From Candidatus Methylomirabilia bacterium (lineage in GTDB: Bacteria; Methylomirabilota; Methylomirabilia; Rokubacteriales; CSP1-6), in NCBI GenBank assembly GCA_046758965.1, contig JBHIBG010000009.1:1-58016 (forward strand): DNA of 58,016 nt. Direction: 5' to 3'. The notes beneath the pieces were generated by a model. That model ran no database searches and was not told the DNA's origin. It saw only the letters and a program-made list of their open reading frames with translations. How positions within the stretch are numbered: position 1 is the first letter of the stretch; every line of letters begins with the position of its first letter. Below, one piece after another: positions 19,172 through 28,599 of this stretch. The translations under genes were made by a program, and so were the position numbers.

Positions 19172-20253
19172 AGGCGGTGGTCTTCTACGGTCCCGGCCTG
19201 CTCCGGTACGAGGAGGTTCCGGTCCCTGTACCCGGGGAGGGGGAGGTGTTGGTCAGGATCGAGGCCGCGCTCACCTGCGGCACCGATGTCAAGACGTTCC
19301 ATCGCGGCCATCCGGTCATGACTCCGAGCATCCCCACCGTGTTCGGCCACGAGCTGGCGGGCAGGGTGGTCGCGCTCGGACGGGGCGTGCGGTCGGTCCG
19401 CGAGGGAGACCGGGTCGTTCCGGCCAACTCGGCGCCGTGCGGTGCCTGTCCGCTCTGCCGCTCCGGCCGGTCAAACCTCTGCGAAGACCTCCTCTTCATC
19501 AACGGCGCCTACGGGGAGTATATCGCGCTGCCTCCGCGGCTGACCGCCACGAACCTGGTCCCCGTTCAGGAGACGCTCCCCGTGAGCCGCGCCGCCTTCG
19601 CCGAACCCCTCGCCTGCGCCCTCCTTGGAATTGAACGCGGGAAGGTAGAATCCGGGCAGACGGTAGCGATCTTCGGCCACGGGCCTCTGGGGTGCCTCCT
19701 GGCTATGGTGGCCCGGGCGCGGAAGGCTCGCGTGCTCCTCGTCGGCAAGGACGGCTGGCGTCTCGACCGCATCCGGGGCCTGGAGCTGGCTGAGTGCCTC
19801 GATGCCCGGGCCGCCCGAGACAGCGAGATCGTTGCCGAACTCCGGGCACTCACCGGAAGCCGCGGAGTGGACGTGGCGGTGGATGCGACGGGACGTCCCG
19901 AGGTCTGGGAGCTGGCGATCGCCAGCGTGGCCAAGGGCGGCACCGTGGTGTTCTTCGGAGGGTGCTCCCCCGGGACCGGGGTGTGGCTCGACACGCGGCG
20001 GGCTCACTACGACGAACTGACTCTGGTGGGGGCATTCCACCACACTCCCGAGCTGATCCGGCAGGCCGTCGAGCTTCTCGAGTCCGGAGCGGTGGTCCCG
20101 GACGGGCTCATCACCCACCGGACGGGCCTGAGCGAGGTTCCCGCAGCCCTGGAGTTGATGGCTCGGGGCGAAGCGTTGAAGGTGCTGATCGACCCAGAGG
20201 CCGGCAGCGGATTTGAACAGGGCTGTACGCCACGGTATACTGGCAGACGCTGA
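19168..20253 (+). CDS. Zn-dependent medium-chain dehydrogenase 2
   Basis: CGTD, GHE, CGACPLC..C, GHGPLG; GTGA-coupled to dehydrogenase 1. Confidence 0.9.
   Translation: MKAVVFYGPGLLRYEEVPVPVPGEGEVLVRIEAALTCGTDVKTFHRGHPVMTPSIPTVFGHELAGRVVALGRGVRSVREGDRVVPANSAPCGACPLCRSGRSNLCEDLLFINGAYGEYIALPPRLTATNLVPVQETLPVSRAAFAEPLACALLGIERGKVESGQTVAIFGHGPLGCLLAMVARARKARVLLVGKDGWRLDRIRGLELAECLDARAARDSEIVAELRALTGSRGVDVAVDATGRPEVWELAIASVAKGGTVVFFGGCSPGTGVWLDTRRAHYDELTLVGAFHHTPELIRQAVELLESGAVVPDGLITHRTGLSEVPAALELMARGEALKVLIDPEAGSGFEQGCTPRYTGRR
20213..20241 (+). promoter_or_regulatory. Near-consensus sigma70 promoter for ispH
   Basis: TTGAAC(20213-18)-N17-TATACT(20236-41). Confidence 0.65.
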
Positions 20254-20263
20254 GGAGGCCTCC

Positions 20264-21259
20264 ATCCACAACGGGGTTCAAGAGATCATCCTTGCGGGAC
20301 CCCGGGGGTTCTGCGCCGGGGTGGAGCGGGCGATCGATGTCGTGGAGCTCGCGCTCGCGGTGTGCGTCCCGCCGGTCTACGTCCGGAAAGAGATCGTCCA
20401 TAACCGCCACGTGGTGGAGGCGCTCCGGGCCAAAGGTGCGATCTTTGTAGACGAGCTGGGCGAGGTGCCGGATCATGCCACGGTCATCTTCAGCGCCCAC
20501 GGGATCTCGCCGGCAGTCCGCGAAGAGGCCGAGCGCCGAGGGCTGAGGATCATCGATGCCACCTGTCCTCTGGTAACCAAAGTCCACCTCGAAGCTGTCC
20601 GCTACGCTCGTGAGGGGTACACGATCATCCTGGTCGGGCACGAGGACCACGATGAGGTCATCGGGACGATGGGGGAGGCCCCGGACAAGATCGTGTTGAT
20701 CTCCTCCCCTGAAGACGTGGACACGCTCGAGGTCCCGAACCCCGAAAAGGTCGTCTACCTGACCCAGACCACGCTCTCTATCGATGACACCGGGGAGATC
20801 ATCGACGCGCTGCGTCGGCGGTTTCCCGGGATCGTGGGGCCTCCCAGGGACGACATCTGCTATGCCACACAGAACCGGCAGGCCTCGGTCAAGGCGGTGG
20901 CCAACGAGGTGGACATCCTCCTTGTCATCGGCGCCGCCAACAGCTCCAACGCGAACCGTCTCCGCGAGGTCTCGGAGGCCGTCGGCACCCAGGCCTACCG
21001 GATCAACGACATCCAGGATATCAAGCCCGAGTGGTTCGAAGGCGTCGCTCGTGTCGGCATCACCGCCGGGGCTTCGACGCCCGAGTTTCTGGTCCAGGAG
21101 GCGGTGGCTGCGCTGCGCCGGATGGGAGCCGAGGATGTGCGGGAGGTCCATGTGGTCGACGAACATGTCCGCTTCGGGCTTCCGCAGGAGCTGGAGGAGA
21201 TGGCCAGGCTCAGGGGGCAGCCTCTCTTGTCTCGGGTGGCCGCCCTCAACCGGGAGTGA
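20264..21259 (+). CDS. ispH: 4-hydroxy-3-methylbut-2-enyl diphosphate reductase; start probably ATC 20264 (alternative TTG 20213)
   Basis: PRGFCAGV, IVHN, FSAHG, DATCPLV, DICYATQNRQ, NSSN, TAGASTP. Confidence 0.95.
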   Translation: MHNGVQEIILAGPRGFCAGVERAIDVVELALAVCVPPVYVRKEIVHNRHVVEALRAKGAIFVDELGEVPDHATVIFSAHGISPAVREEAERRGLRIIDATCPLVTKVHLEAVRYAREGYTIILVGHEDHDEVIGTMGEAPDKIVLISSPEDVDTLEVPNPEKVVYLTQTTLSIDDTGEIIDALRRRFPGIVGPPRDDICYATQNRQASVKAVANEVDILLVIGAANSSNANRLREVSEAVGTQAYRINDIQDIKPEWFEGVARVGITAGASTPEFLVQEAVAALRRMGAEDVREVHVVDEHVRFGLPQELEEMARLRGQPLLSRVAALNRE

Positions 21260-21280
21260 GGGAAGGGGAGTGATGCTTCG

Positions 21281-21307
21281 GGGCGGCGGAGACGCCGCCC
21301 TTTTTTT
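21281..21307 (+). terminator. Rho-independent terminator closing the hpn/ispH arm
   Basis: GGGCGGCG-GAGA-CGCCGCCC perfect stem followed by T7. Confidence 0.88.
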
Positions 21308-21394
21308 GGGGGGGTGATGGGGGCGACAATGCGCTCGGGGGGGGTCGCACCGGGGCACGCCCTATCGGGAGAGACGAGCGGGCGGCAGGACCCC

Positions 21395-21423
21395 TTGGGC
21401 ACCCTGCGGGGGTGTGGTAGAGT
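21395..21423 (+). promoter_or_regulatory. Putative promoter of the EF-G paralog
   Basis: TTGGGC-N17-TAGAGT with extended -10 TG. Confidence 0.4.
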
Positions 21424-21487
21424 GTGAACGGTTTTCCGGTCTTCCTCCGTTCAGTTCCGTCAGCAGAGGGCTTCAGGGGAGGCAGAC

Positions 21488-23569
21488 ATGGCTCTTGATG
21501 TCGCCAAGATTCGCAACGTCGCGTTCGTCGGCCACGGTGGAGTCGGGAAGACATCGCTGGTGGAGGCGATTCTCTTCACTGCCGGGGCGGTGAGCCGTCT
21601 GGGTCGGGTCGACGATGGGACGACAACCACCGACTTCGATCCCGACGAGATCAAGCGGCAGATTTCCCTCAACACCGCCGTGGCCTACTGTGACTGGAAG
21701 GGACACCGGGTGAACTCAGTGGACACGCCCGGCTACGGTGACTTCATCGCCGATGCCAGGGCCGGTCTGCGCGTGGCAGAGGGAGCCATTGTCGTGGTCG
21801 ATGCGGTAGCCGGCGTCCAGGTCCGGACCGAGAACGTCTGGAGGATCTCGAACGAGTACGGCCTGTCACGCATGGTGGTCGTCAATCGCCTCGATCGGGA
21901 GCGGGCGGATTTCTTCCGGGCACTCGAATCGATGGGACGGCGCCTGAAAGGGAAACTGGTGCCGCTCCAGATTCCCGTCGGTATCGAGGCCGGCTTCAGC
22001 GGCGTGGTGGACCTCGTCAAGATGAAGGCAGTCATCGTTGCCGACGGCAAGCCTGTAGAGCGGGAGATCCCCGGAGATCTCTCCGACCAGGCGAAAGAGT
22101 ACCGGGAGAAGCTCGTCGAATCCGTGGCGGAGACCGACGATGAGCTGCTCGCCAAGTACCTGGAAGAGGGGTCCCTCGGCGAGCCGGAGGTGCTCAAGGC
22201 GCTCCGCCAGGCAATCGCCGAGGGGAAACTCGTTCCGGTGGTCTGCGCCGCGGCCACCAAGAACATCGGCACTCACCTCCTGCTCGACCTCATCGTGGAG
22301 TCATTCCCATCTCCGATTGACCGGGGTGAGGTGGAGGGGATCGAGCTGAAGGGCAAGCAGCCGGCTCGCCGCCCTCCAGACCCCAAGACCGGCGTCGCTG
22401 CGCTGGTCTTCAAGACGCTGAGCGACCCCCACGTGGGAAAGCTCTCGCTCTTCAGGGTGTACTCCGGCACCGTGAAGTCGGACTCCCAGCTCCTCAATTC
22501 CTCCAGGGAGCTCAAGGAGCGTGTGGGTCATGTCGCCTACCTCCAGGGGAAAGCCCAAAAGGGAGCGGACACGCTAGGGCCGGGGGAGATCGGCGTGGTC
22601 GCCAAGCTGAAGGAGACGATGACCGGCGATACCCTTACGGAGGAAGCCCAGCCCATCGTGCTGCCTCGGATCGTGTTCCCGGAACCGACCATCTCCTTTG
22701 CCATCCAACCCAAGACCCGGGGCGACGAGGACAAGATCTCCAACGCGCTCGCGCGGATCAGCGAGGAGGACCCCGCCGTCCGCTACCACTACGACTCGGA
22801 GACCAAGCAGCTGCTCGTTTCCGGCGTGGGCCAGCTCCATGTGGAGGTGGTTGTGGAGCGGATGAAGCGGAAGTACAACGTCGACGTGAACCTCCTCCCG
22901 CCGCGCATCCCGTACAAGGAAACGGTCAAGGGCCGGGCTGAAGTGCAGGGGAGGTACAAGAAGCAGACCGGTGGCCGTGGCCAGTACGGCGACGTGTGGC
23001 TCAAGATTGAGCCCCTCGACCGCAGCGCCGGCTTTGAATTCGTGAACGACATCTTCGGGGGTGCAGTGCCTCGGAACTACATCCCCGCGGTGGAGAAGGG
23101 CGTGCGCGACGCGATGAAGCGTGGCGTCATTGCCGGCTACCCGGTGGTGGACATGAAGGTGACGCTCTACGACGGATCCTACCACGAGGTGGACTCCTCG
23201 GACCTGGCCTTCCAGATCGCCGGCTCCCTGGCGCTCCAGAAGGGCGTTCAGGGAGCCCGCCCGATGCTTCTGGAACCGATCATGAACGTTGAGGTGACGG
23301 CCCCATCGGAGCAGGCCGGCGATGTGATCGGCGATCTGAACGGGCGTCGCGGGCGGATCATGGGGATGGAGCCAGCCGGGGAGACGGCGGTGGTGAAGGC
23401 GCACGTGCCCCTTGCGGAGATGCTGAACTATGAGCCCGGCCTCCGCTCGATGACGGGCGGCCGCGGCGCCTATTCCATGGAGTTCTCCCACTACGAGGAG
23501 GTGCCGGCGTTCCTGGCCGAGAAAATCATCGCTCAGGCGAAGGCGGAGAAAGAGAAGGCTGAGAAGTAA
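21488..23569 (+). CDS. fusA: Elongation factor G paralog (EF-G2-like, outside the str operon)
   Basis: GHGGVGKT, DTPG, KKQTGGRGQYG, DGSYHEVDSS; switch I RQIS and G4 NRLD are divergent. Confidence 0.9.
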   Translation: MALDVAKIRNVAFVGHGGVGKTSLVEAILFTAGAVSRLGRVDDGTTTTDFDPDEIKRQISLNTAVAYCDWKGHRVNSVDTPGYGDFIADARAGLRVAEGAIVVVDAVAGVQVRTENVWRISNEYGLSRMVVVNRLDRERADFFRALESMGRRLKGKLVPLQIPVGIEAGFSGVVDLVKMKAVIVADGKPVEREIPGDLSDQAKEYREKLVESVAETDDELLAKYLEEGSLGEPEVLKALRQAIAEGKLVPVVCAAATKNIGTHLLLDLIVESFPSPIDRGEVEGIELKGKQPARRPPDPKTGVAALVFKTLSDPHVGKLSLFRVYSGTVKSDSQLLNSSRELKERVGHVAYLQGKAQKGADTLGPGEIGVVAKLKETMTGDTLTEEAQPIVLPRIVFPEPTISFAIQPKTRGDEDKISNALARISEEDPAVRYHYDSETKQLLVSGVGQLHVEVVVERMKRKYNVDVNLLPPRIPYKETVKGRAEVQGRYKKQTGGRGQYGDVWLKIEPLDRSAGFEFVNDIFGGAVPRNYIPAVEKGVRDAMKRGVIAGYPVVDMKVTLYDGSYHEVDSSDLAFQIAGSLALQKGVQGARPMLLEPIMNVEVTAPSEQAGDVIGDLNGRRGRIMGMEPAGETAVVKAHVPLAEMLNYEPGLRSMTGGRGAYSMEFSHYEEVPAFLAEKIIAQAKAEKEKAEK

Positions 23570-23644
23570 GCCTGCGAGAGCCAGCATCGCCTCCTCTTCT
23601 TCGGGAGGTGATGCTCATGACGGGAGCCAGCTGGGGAAAGCCTA

Positions 23645-25900
23645 ATGAAAGCCGGTGAAGCAATCGTCCGCCTGTACGAGGCCATGCCCGAACGTCTTGC
23701 GAAGGCGCGGAAGACGTTCGGGCGTCCCCTGACGCTCACCGAGAAAATCCTCGTCGTCCACGCTGACAGGTTCGACGCGCAGCAGTGGGAGCGGGGCAAG
23801 GCATACCTGCGGCTCAGGGTGGATCGCGTGTCCATGCAGGACGCCACGGGGCAGATGGCGATCCTTCAGTTCATGCAGTCGGGGCGAACACGCGTGGCTA
23901 TCCCCAGCACGGTGCACTGTGACCACCTGATCCGGGCCGAGAGCGGCGCGTCGGAGGACATGAAGCGGGCGATTCTCGAGAACAACGAAGTCTATGATTT
24001 CCTCCGCTCCGCGTCGAAGAAGTACGGGATCGACTTTTGGAAGCCCGGCTCCGGCATCATCCACCAGGTCGTGCTGGAAAACTACGCCTTCCCCGGGGGC
24101 CTCATGATCGGCGCCGACTCCCACACGCCGAACGGTGGCGGGCTGGGGATGCTGGCGATCGGGGTGGGTGGAGCGGATTGCGGCGAGGTGATGGCGGGGC
24201 TGCCCTGGGAGGTCCTGCACCCCCAGCTGATCGGGGTGAAGCTGACCGGGAAACTTTCGGGGTGGACCGCGCCCAAGGATGTGATCACGTGCCTCTGCGG
24301 GCTCCTCACGGTCAAGGGGGGAACCAACAAGATCCTGGAATACTTCGGTCCGGGGGCCGACTCCATCAGCGCGACGGGCAAAGCGACCATCTGCAACATG
24401 GGCGCAGAGCTTGGTGCGACCACCTCGGTCTTCCCCTTCGACAACCGGATGGCGATCTACCTGTCGGTCACCCACCGCGAGGGCGTCGCAAAGCTCGCAG
24501 AGCGGTGCCGGGAGCACCTGGTCGCCGACCCCGAGGTCCACGCGGCTCCGGAGAGGTTCTTCGACCAGATCGTGGAGATCGACCTCTCCACACTCGAGCC
24601 CCACATCGTGGGTCCCCATTCGCCGGATCGGGCCCGCTCCGTCAGCCGGCTCGCCGCGGAGGTGAAGGCGAACGCTTGGCCCGCCGGCCTCAAGGCCGCG
24701 CTCATCGGCTCCTGCACCAACTCTTCCTACGAGGATATGCGGCGCGCCGCCCACATCGCCATGCAGGGGCTCAACGCCGGCCTCAAGACCAAGATCCCGT
24801 TCCTGGTCACGCCGGGCTCCGACCGGATCTTCCAGACCATCAAGCGCGACGGCATTATGGAGATCTTCGAGAAGATGGGCGGGACGGTGCTGGCCAACGC
24901 CTGCGGCCCGTGCATCGGCCAATGGAAGCGATCGGACGTGGGCAGGAACGAGATGAACTCCATCGTCAGCTCGTACAACCGGAACTTCCCCGGCCGCAAC
25001 GACGGCCGCGCCGCGACGCTCTCTTTCCTCGCGAGTCCGGAGATCACCACCGCCCTCGCCTTCGCGGGGAGCCTTGAATTCGACCCGGTCAACGGGGTTC
25101 TCACGGCTCCCGACGGCCGCCGGTTCCGGTTCACGCCACCGGAGGGGGAGGAGCTTCCGAAGGATGGCTTCGCCGCGGGGCTCGAAGGTTACGAGGCGCC
25201 CGCAGAGGACGCCAGCCAGGTTCAGGTCGAAATCTCGCCCACCAGCGAACGGCTCCAGCTCCTGGAGCCGTTTCCACCGTGGGACGGAAAGGAGTTCACC
25301 GGCCTCGTCATCCTGATCAAGACCAGGGGAAAGACCACCACGGATCATATCTCTCCTGCCGGCCCGTGGCTCAGGTTCCGGGGTCACCTCGACCGAATCA
25401 GCGACAACATGTTCCTGGGTGCCACGAACGCGTTCTGTCCCGAAACCGGAAAAGGGACGGATGTCCTGAGCGGGGAATCCGGTCTGTCGATCTCTCAGAT
25501 CGCTCGCCGGTACAAGGCCAAGGGGATTGGCTCGATCGTGATCGGGGACGAGAATTACGGCGAGGGCTCCAGCCGCGAGCATGCGGCGATGTCTCCTCGT
25601 TATCTCGGGGTGAAGGCGGTCATCGTCAAAACCTTCGCACGGATCCACGAGACGAATCTGAAGAAACAGGGAATCCTCCCACTCACCTTCGTGGCGCCCC
25701 CGGACTATGACCAGTTCGAACCGTTCGACCGCGTGAGTATCCTGGACCTCGCGAGCCTCGCGCCGGGCCGGCCGGTCCAGGTGGCGCTCCACAAGCCTGG
25801 CGGCCGGACCGTCTCGATCCCTACGAGCCACAGCCTAACGGCCGAGCAGATCGGGTGGTTCAAGGCGGGTTCCGCCTTGAACGCGGTGAAACAGCCGTGA
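23645..25900 (+). CDS. Aconitate hydratase, mitochondrial-type
   Basis: QDATGQMA, HCDH, GIIHQV, DSHT, GSCTNSS, ACGPCIG, NRNF, TTDHISPAG, GSSRE. Confidence 0.95.
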   Translation: MKAGEAIVRLYEAMPERLAKARKTFGRPLTLTEKILVVHADRFDAQQWERGKAYLRLRVDRVSMQDATGQMAILQFMQSGRTRVAIPSTVHCDHLIRAESGASEDMKRAILENNEVYDFLRSASKKYGIDFWKPGSGIIHQVVLENYAFPGGLMIGADSHTPNGGGLGMLAIGVGGADCGEVMAGLPWEVLHPQLIGVKLTGKLSGWTAPKDVITCLCGLLTVKGGTNKILEYFGPGADSISATGKATICNMGAELGATTSVFPFDNRMAIYLSVTHREGVAKLAERCREHLVADPEVHAAPERFFDQIVEIDLSTLEPHIVGPHSPDRARSVSRLAAEVKANAWPAGLKAALIGSCTNSSYEDMRRAAHIAMQGLNAGLKTKIPFLVTPGSDRIFQTIKRDGIMEIFEKMGGTVLANACGPCIGQWKRSDVGRNEMNSIVSSYNRNFPGRNDGRAATLSFLASPEITTALAFAGSLEFDPVNGVLTAPDGRRFRFTPPEGEELPKDGFAAGLEGYEAPAEDASQVQVEISPTSERLQLLEPFPPWDGKEFTGLVILIKTRGKTTTDHISPAGPWLRFRGHLDRISDNMFLGATNAFCPETGKGTDVLSGESGLSISQIARRYKAKGIGSIVIGDENYGEGSSREHAAMSPRYLGVKAVIVKTFARIHETNLKKQGILPLTFVAPPDYDQFEPFDRVSILDLASLAPGRPVQVALHKPGGRTVSIPTSHSLTAEQIGWFKAGSALNAVKQP

Positions 25901-25916
25901 GCGCACGCACTCGCCG

Positions 25917-26041
25917 TTCGGGCGCGGGCTTTGCCCGCGCAACCGAGGAGGGGGAGGTACGCCCGCCTTCGGCTGGCGCTCTCCGCAACCTCGCAGGCGA
26001 GGTTGCTTCGCGTGGGGCGGGGGACGAAGTCCCCCTCCGAG
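25917..26041. repeat. Intergenic copy of the palindromic repeat family, inner module inverted relative to the outer arms
   Basis: GCGCGGGC-TTT-GCCCGCGC hairpin; inner module 25957-26014 matches 4229-4288; ends CCCCCTCCGAG. Confidence 0.8.
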
Positions 26042-26048
26042 TTAGCGT

Positions 26049-27308
26049 ATGGCGACTAAGGTAAGGGTTCCGTCCGGGGAGCGAGTCAGCATTCAGCACG
26101 GCAAGCTCCAGGTACCGGATCATCCCATCATCCCCTTCATAGAGGGTGACGGTACCGGGCCGGAGATCTGGCGGGCGGCAGTCCGCGTGCTGGAGGCCGC
26201 CGTAGCCAAGGCGTATAGCGGGCGGAAGCGGATCGTTTGGTGCGAAGTCTTCGCCGGCGAGAAGGCCCGGGGCGTGTACGGACCGGAGTGCCCGCCGAGC
26301 CTCCTCCCCTCCGAAACCCTGGACATCGTTAGGGAGTACCTGGTGGCGATCAAAGGGCCCTTGACGACGCCCGTCGGGGAGGGGGTCAGGAGCCTCAACG
26401 TGACGCTTCGTCAGGAGCTGGATCTCTACGTCTGTCTGCGTCCGGTCCGCTACTTCACAGGCGTCCCGTCCCCCGTCAAGCGCCCCGAGAAGGTGGACAT
26501 GGTCATCTTCCGCGAGAACACCGAAGACATCTATGCCGGCATCGAGTGGGCGACGGGAACTCCCGAGTGCCGGAAGGTGATCGAGTTCCTCCAACGGGAG
26601 ATGGGGGTCAAGAAGATCCGCTTCCCCGAGAGTTCCGGCATCGGTGTCAAGCCGATCTCGCGCGAGGGGTCCGAGCGTCTGGTGCGTGCCGCTATCCGGT
26701 ACGCTATCGAGCATGGGAGGCGATCCGTGACGTTGGCTCATAAGGGGAACATCCAGAAATACACCGAGGGCGCCTTCATGCGCTGGGGCTACGAGCTGGC
26801 CAAGCGCGAGTTCTCCGACAGGGTGGTCAGCTGGGAGGAGTGCGGAGGCAGGCCAGCGGGGAAGATCCTGATCAAGGACGCTATCACCGATGCCCTCCTC
26901 CAACAGATCCTCACGCGCCCGGACGAGTTCGATGTGATCGCCTGCCCGAACCTGACGGGGGATCTCGTCTCGGATGCCCTAGCCGCCCAGGTCGGCGGCA
27001 TCGGCATCGCTCCCGGCGGTAACATTAACTACGAGAGCGGACACGCACTCTTCGAGGCGACCCACGGCACTGCCCCCAAGTACGTCGGCCAGGACAAGGT
27101 GAACCCGGGGTCCGTACTCCTCTCGGGAGAGATGATGCTCCGCTATCTCGGGTGGACGGAGGCCGCGGAGCGGATCATCGCGGGGCTCGGGCGGACGATC
27201 CAGCAGAAGGTGGTGACCTACGACTTCGCCCGGCTCATGGAGGGGGCTCACGAGGTGAAGTGCTCCGAGTTCGGCAGCACCATCATCCGGAACATGGAGC
27301 ACGTGTGA
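26049..27308 (+). CDS. icd: NADP-isocitrate dehydrogenase (E. coli type)
   Basis: [51 protein letters not shown]. Confidence 0.96.
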   Translation: MATKVRVPSGERVSIQHGKLQVPDHPIIPFIEGDGTGPEIWRAAVRVLEAAVAKAYSGRKRIVWCEVFAGEKARGVYGPECPPSLLPSETLDIVREYLVAIKGPLTTPVGEGVRSLNVTLRQELDLYVCLRPVRYFTGVPSPVKRPEKVDMVIFRENTEDIYAGIEWATGTPECRKVIEFLQREMGVKKIRFPESSGIGVKPISREGSERLVRAAIRYAIEHGRRSVTLAHKGNIQKYTEGAFMRWGYELAKREFSDRVVSWEECGGRPAGKILIKDAITDALLQQILTRPDEFDVIACPNLTGDLVSDALAAQVGGIGIAPGGNINYESGHALFEATHGTAPKYVGQDKVNPGSVLLSGEMMLRYLGWTEAAERIIAGLGRTIQQKVVTYDFARLMEGAHEVKCSEFGSTIIRNMEHV

Positions 27309-27377
27309 GATTCTTCAGCGACCCTCACCCGGTTCCGCCTCCCGGGAGCGAGACGGGATACGCGAAAGGAGCGTAAC

Positions 27378-28304
27378 GTGCGGCCAAAGGTTACGGTAGT
27401 GGGAGCGGGAAACGTCGGGGCGTCGGTGGCCCAGTACACGGTCGAGGAGGAGCTCGCGGATGTCGTGCTGGTGGATGTGATCGAGGGAGTCCCCCAGGGC
27501 AAGGGCCTCGATCTCCTGCAGGCGGGCCCGATCCGCCGCTACGACTCACGGCTGGTGGGCTCCAACAGCTACGACGAGACGGCTGGCTCCGACATCGTGG
27601 TGGTGACTGCGGGGTTCCCCAGGAAGCCCGGGATGACCCGGGACGACCTCCTCTTCAAGAACGCCGAGGTCATCCAGGCAGTGACCCTGGAGGTGACCCG
27701 GCGCTCGCCGGACTCCATCCTGATCATGGTCACCAACCCGCTCGATGCCATGGTTCAGCTTGCCTGGAAGATCTCGGGCTTCCCTCCCCAGCGGGTCATG
27801 GGGATGGCCGGCATTCTTGATTCCGCGCGCTTCCGCACCTTCATCGCGCTGGAGCTCGATGTCTCCGTTGAGAACGTGACGGCCTTTGTCTTAGGGGGGC
27901 ACGGGGACACGATGGTTCCGCTCCCCCGTTACTCGACGGTCGCCGGGATTCCGCTGCCCGAGCTCCTGTCCAGGGAGCGGATCGAAGCCCTCGTCAAGCG
28001 CACGCGGGACGGCGGCGCGGAGATCGTCAGCCTCCTGAAGGCTGGCAGCGCCTACTACGCTCCAGGCGCGGCGGTGGTCGAGATGATGGAAGCCATCGTC
28101 AAGGACAAGAAGAAGGTCCTCCCGTGTGCGGCCTACCTGGATGGCCAGTACGAGGTCAAGGGGCTCTACGTGGGCGTGCCGGTCAAGCTCGGGCGCCGGG
28201 GGGTGGAGCAGGTGATCGAGATCAAGCTCACCCCCGAGGAGGACGCTGCCTTCAGAAAGTCGGTTGCGGCGGTGCGGGAGCTTGTGGAGAAACTCAAGCT
28301 TTAG
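27378..28304 (+). CDS. mdh: Malate dehydrogenase (LDH-like)
   Basis: [40 protein letters not shown]. Confidence 0.95.
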   Translation: MRPKVTVVGAGNVGASVAQYTVEEELADVVLVDVIEGVPQGKGLDLLQAGPIRRYDSRLVGSNSYDETAGSDIVVVTAGFPRKPGMTRDDLLFKNAEVIQAVTLEVTRRSPDSILIMVTNPLDAMVQLAWKISGFPPQRVMGMAGILDSARFRTFIALELDVSVENVTAFVLGGHGDTMVPLPRYSTVAGIPLPELLSRERIEALVKRTRDGGAEIVSLLKAGSAYYAPGAAVVEMMEAIVKDKKKVLPCAAYLDGQYEVKGLYVGVPVKLGRRGVEQVIEIKLTPEEDAAFRKSVAAVRELVEKLKL

Positions 28305-28599
28305 GAGTCCGCCCCGCCGAATACCGTCGCGCGACCAGGAATGGCGTTCGGCCATGCCTGGGCGGGCTCGTCTCCGCGCCGGGGGGCTGTTCGGCTTTCA
28401 ACACGGAGCGCGTGGGCGTTAGATCAAAGCGTGACTGGAATGGGCAGTCAAGAGGCTCTGCATGGAGGCAACGAGCGTGGCGTGATCCACGTGGATATGG
28501 TCCCCGGACCCGAGCTGAAAATCATGGGGCGCCAGACGCCTGCCAGCGTCATCAATGACGGCTCCGGCAACGACCTCTACGGGGAAGGGGTAACAGCGT

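Noticed and set aside
23604..23658. GGAGGTG followed by a short ORF (MLMTGASWGKPNESR) overlapping the aconitase start
   Set aside because: Aconitase looks complete from 23645; no evidence of a frameshift or leader function
28305..28599. 295-bp gap between mdh and sdh, with an 89-aa ORF
   Set aside because: No recognisable protein or RNA motif; probably promoter region or debris
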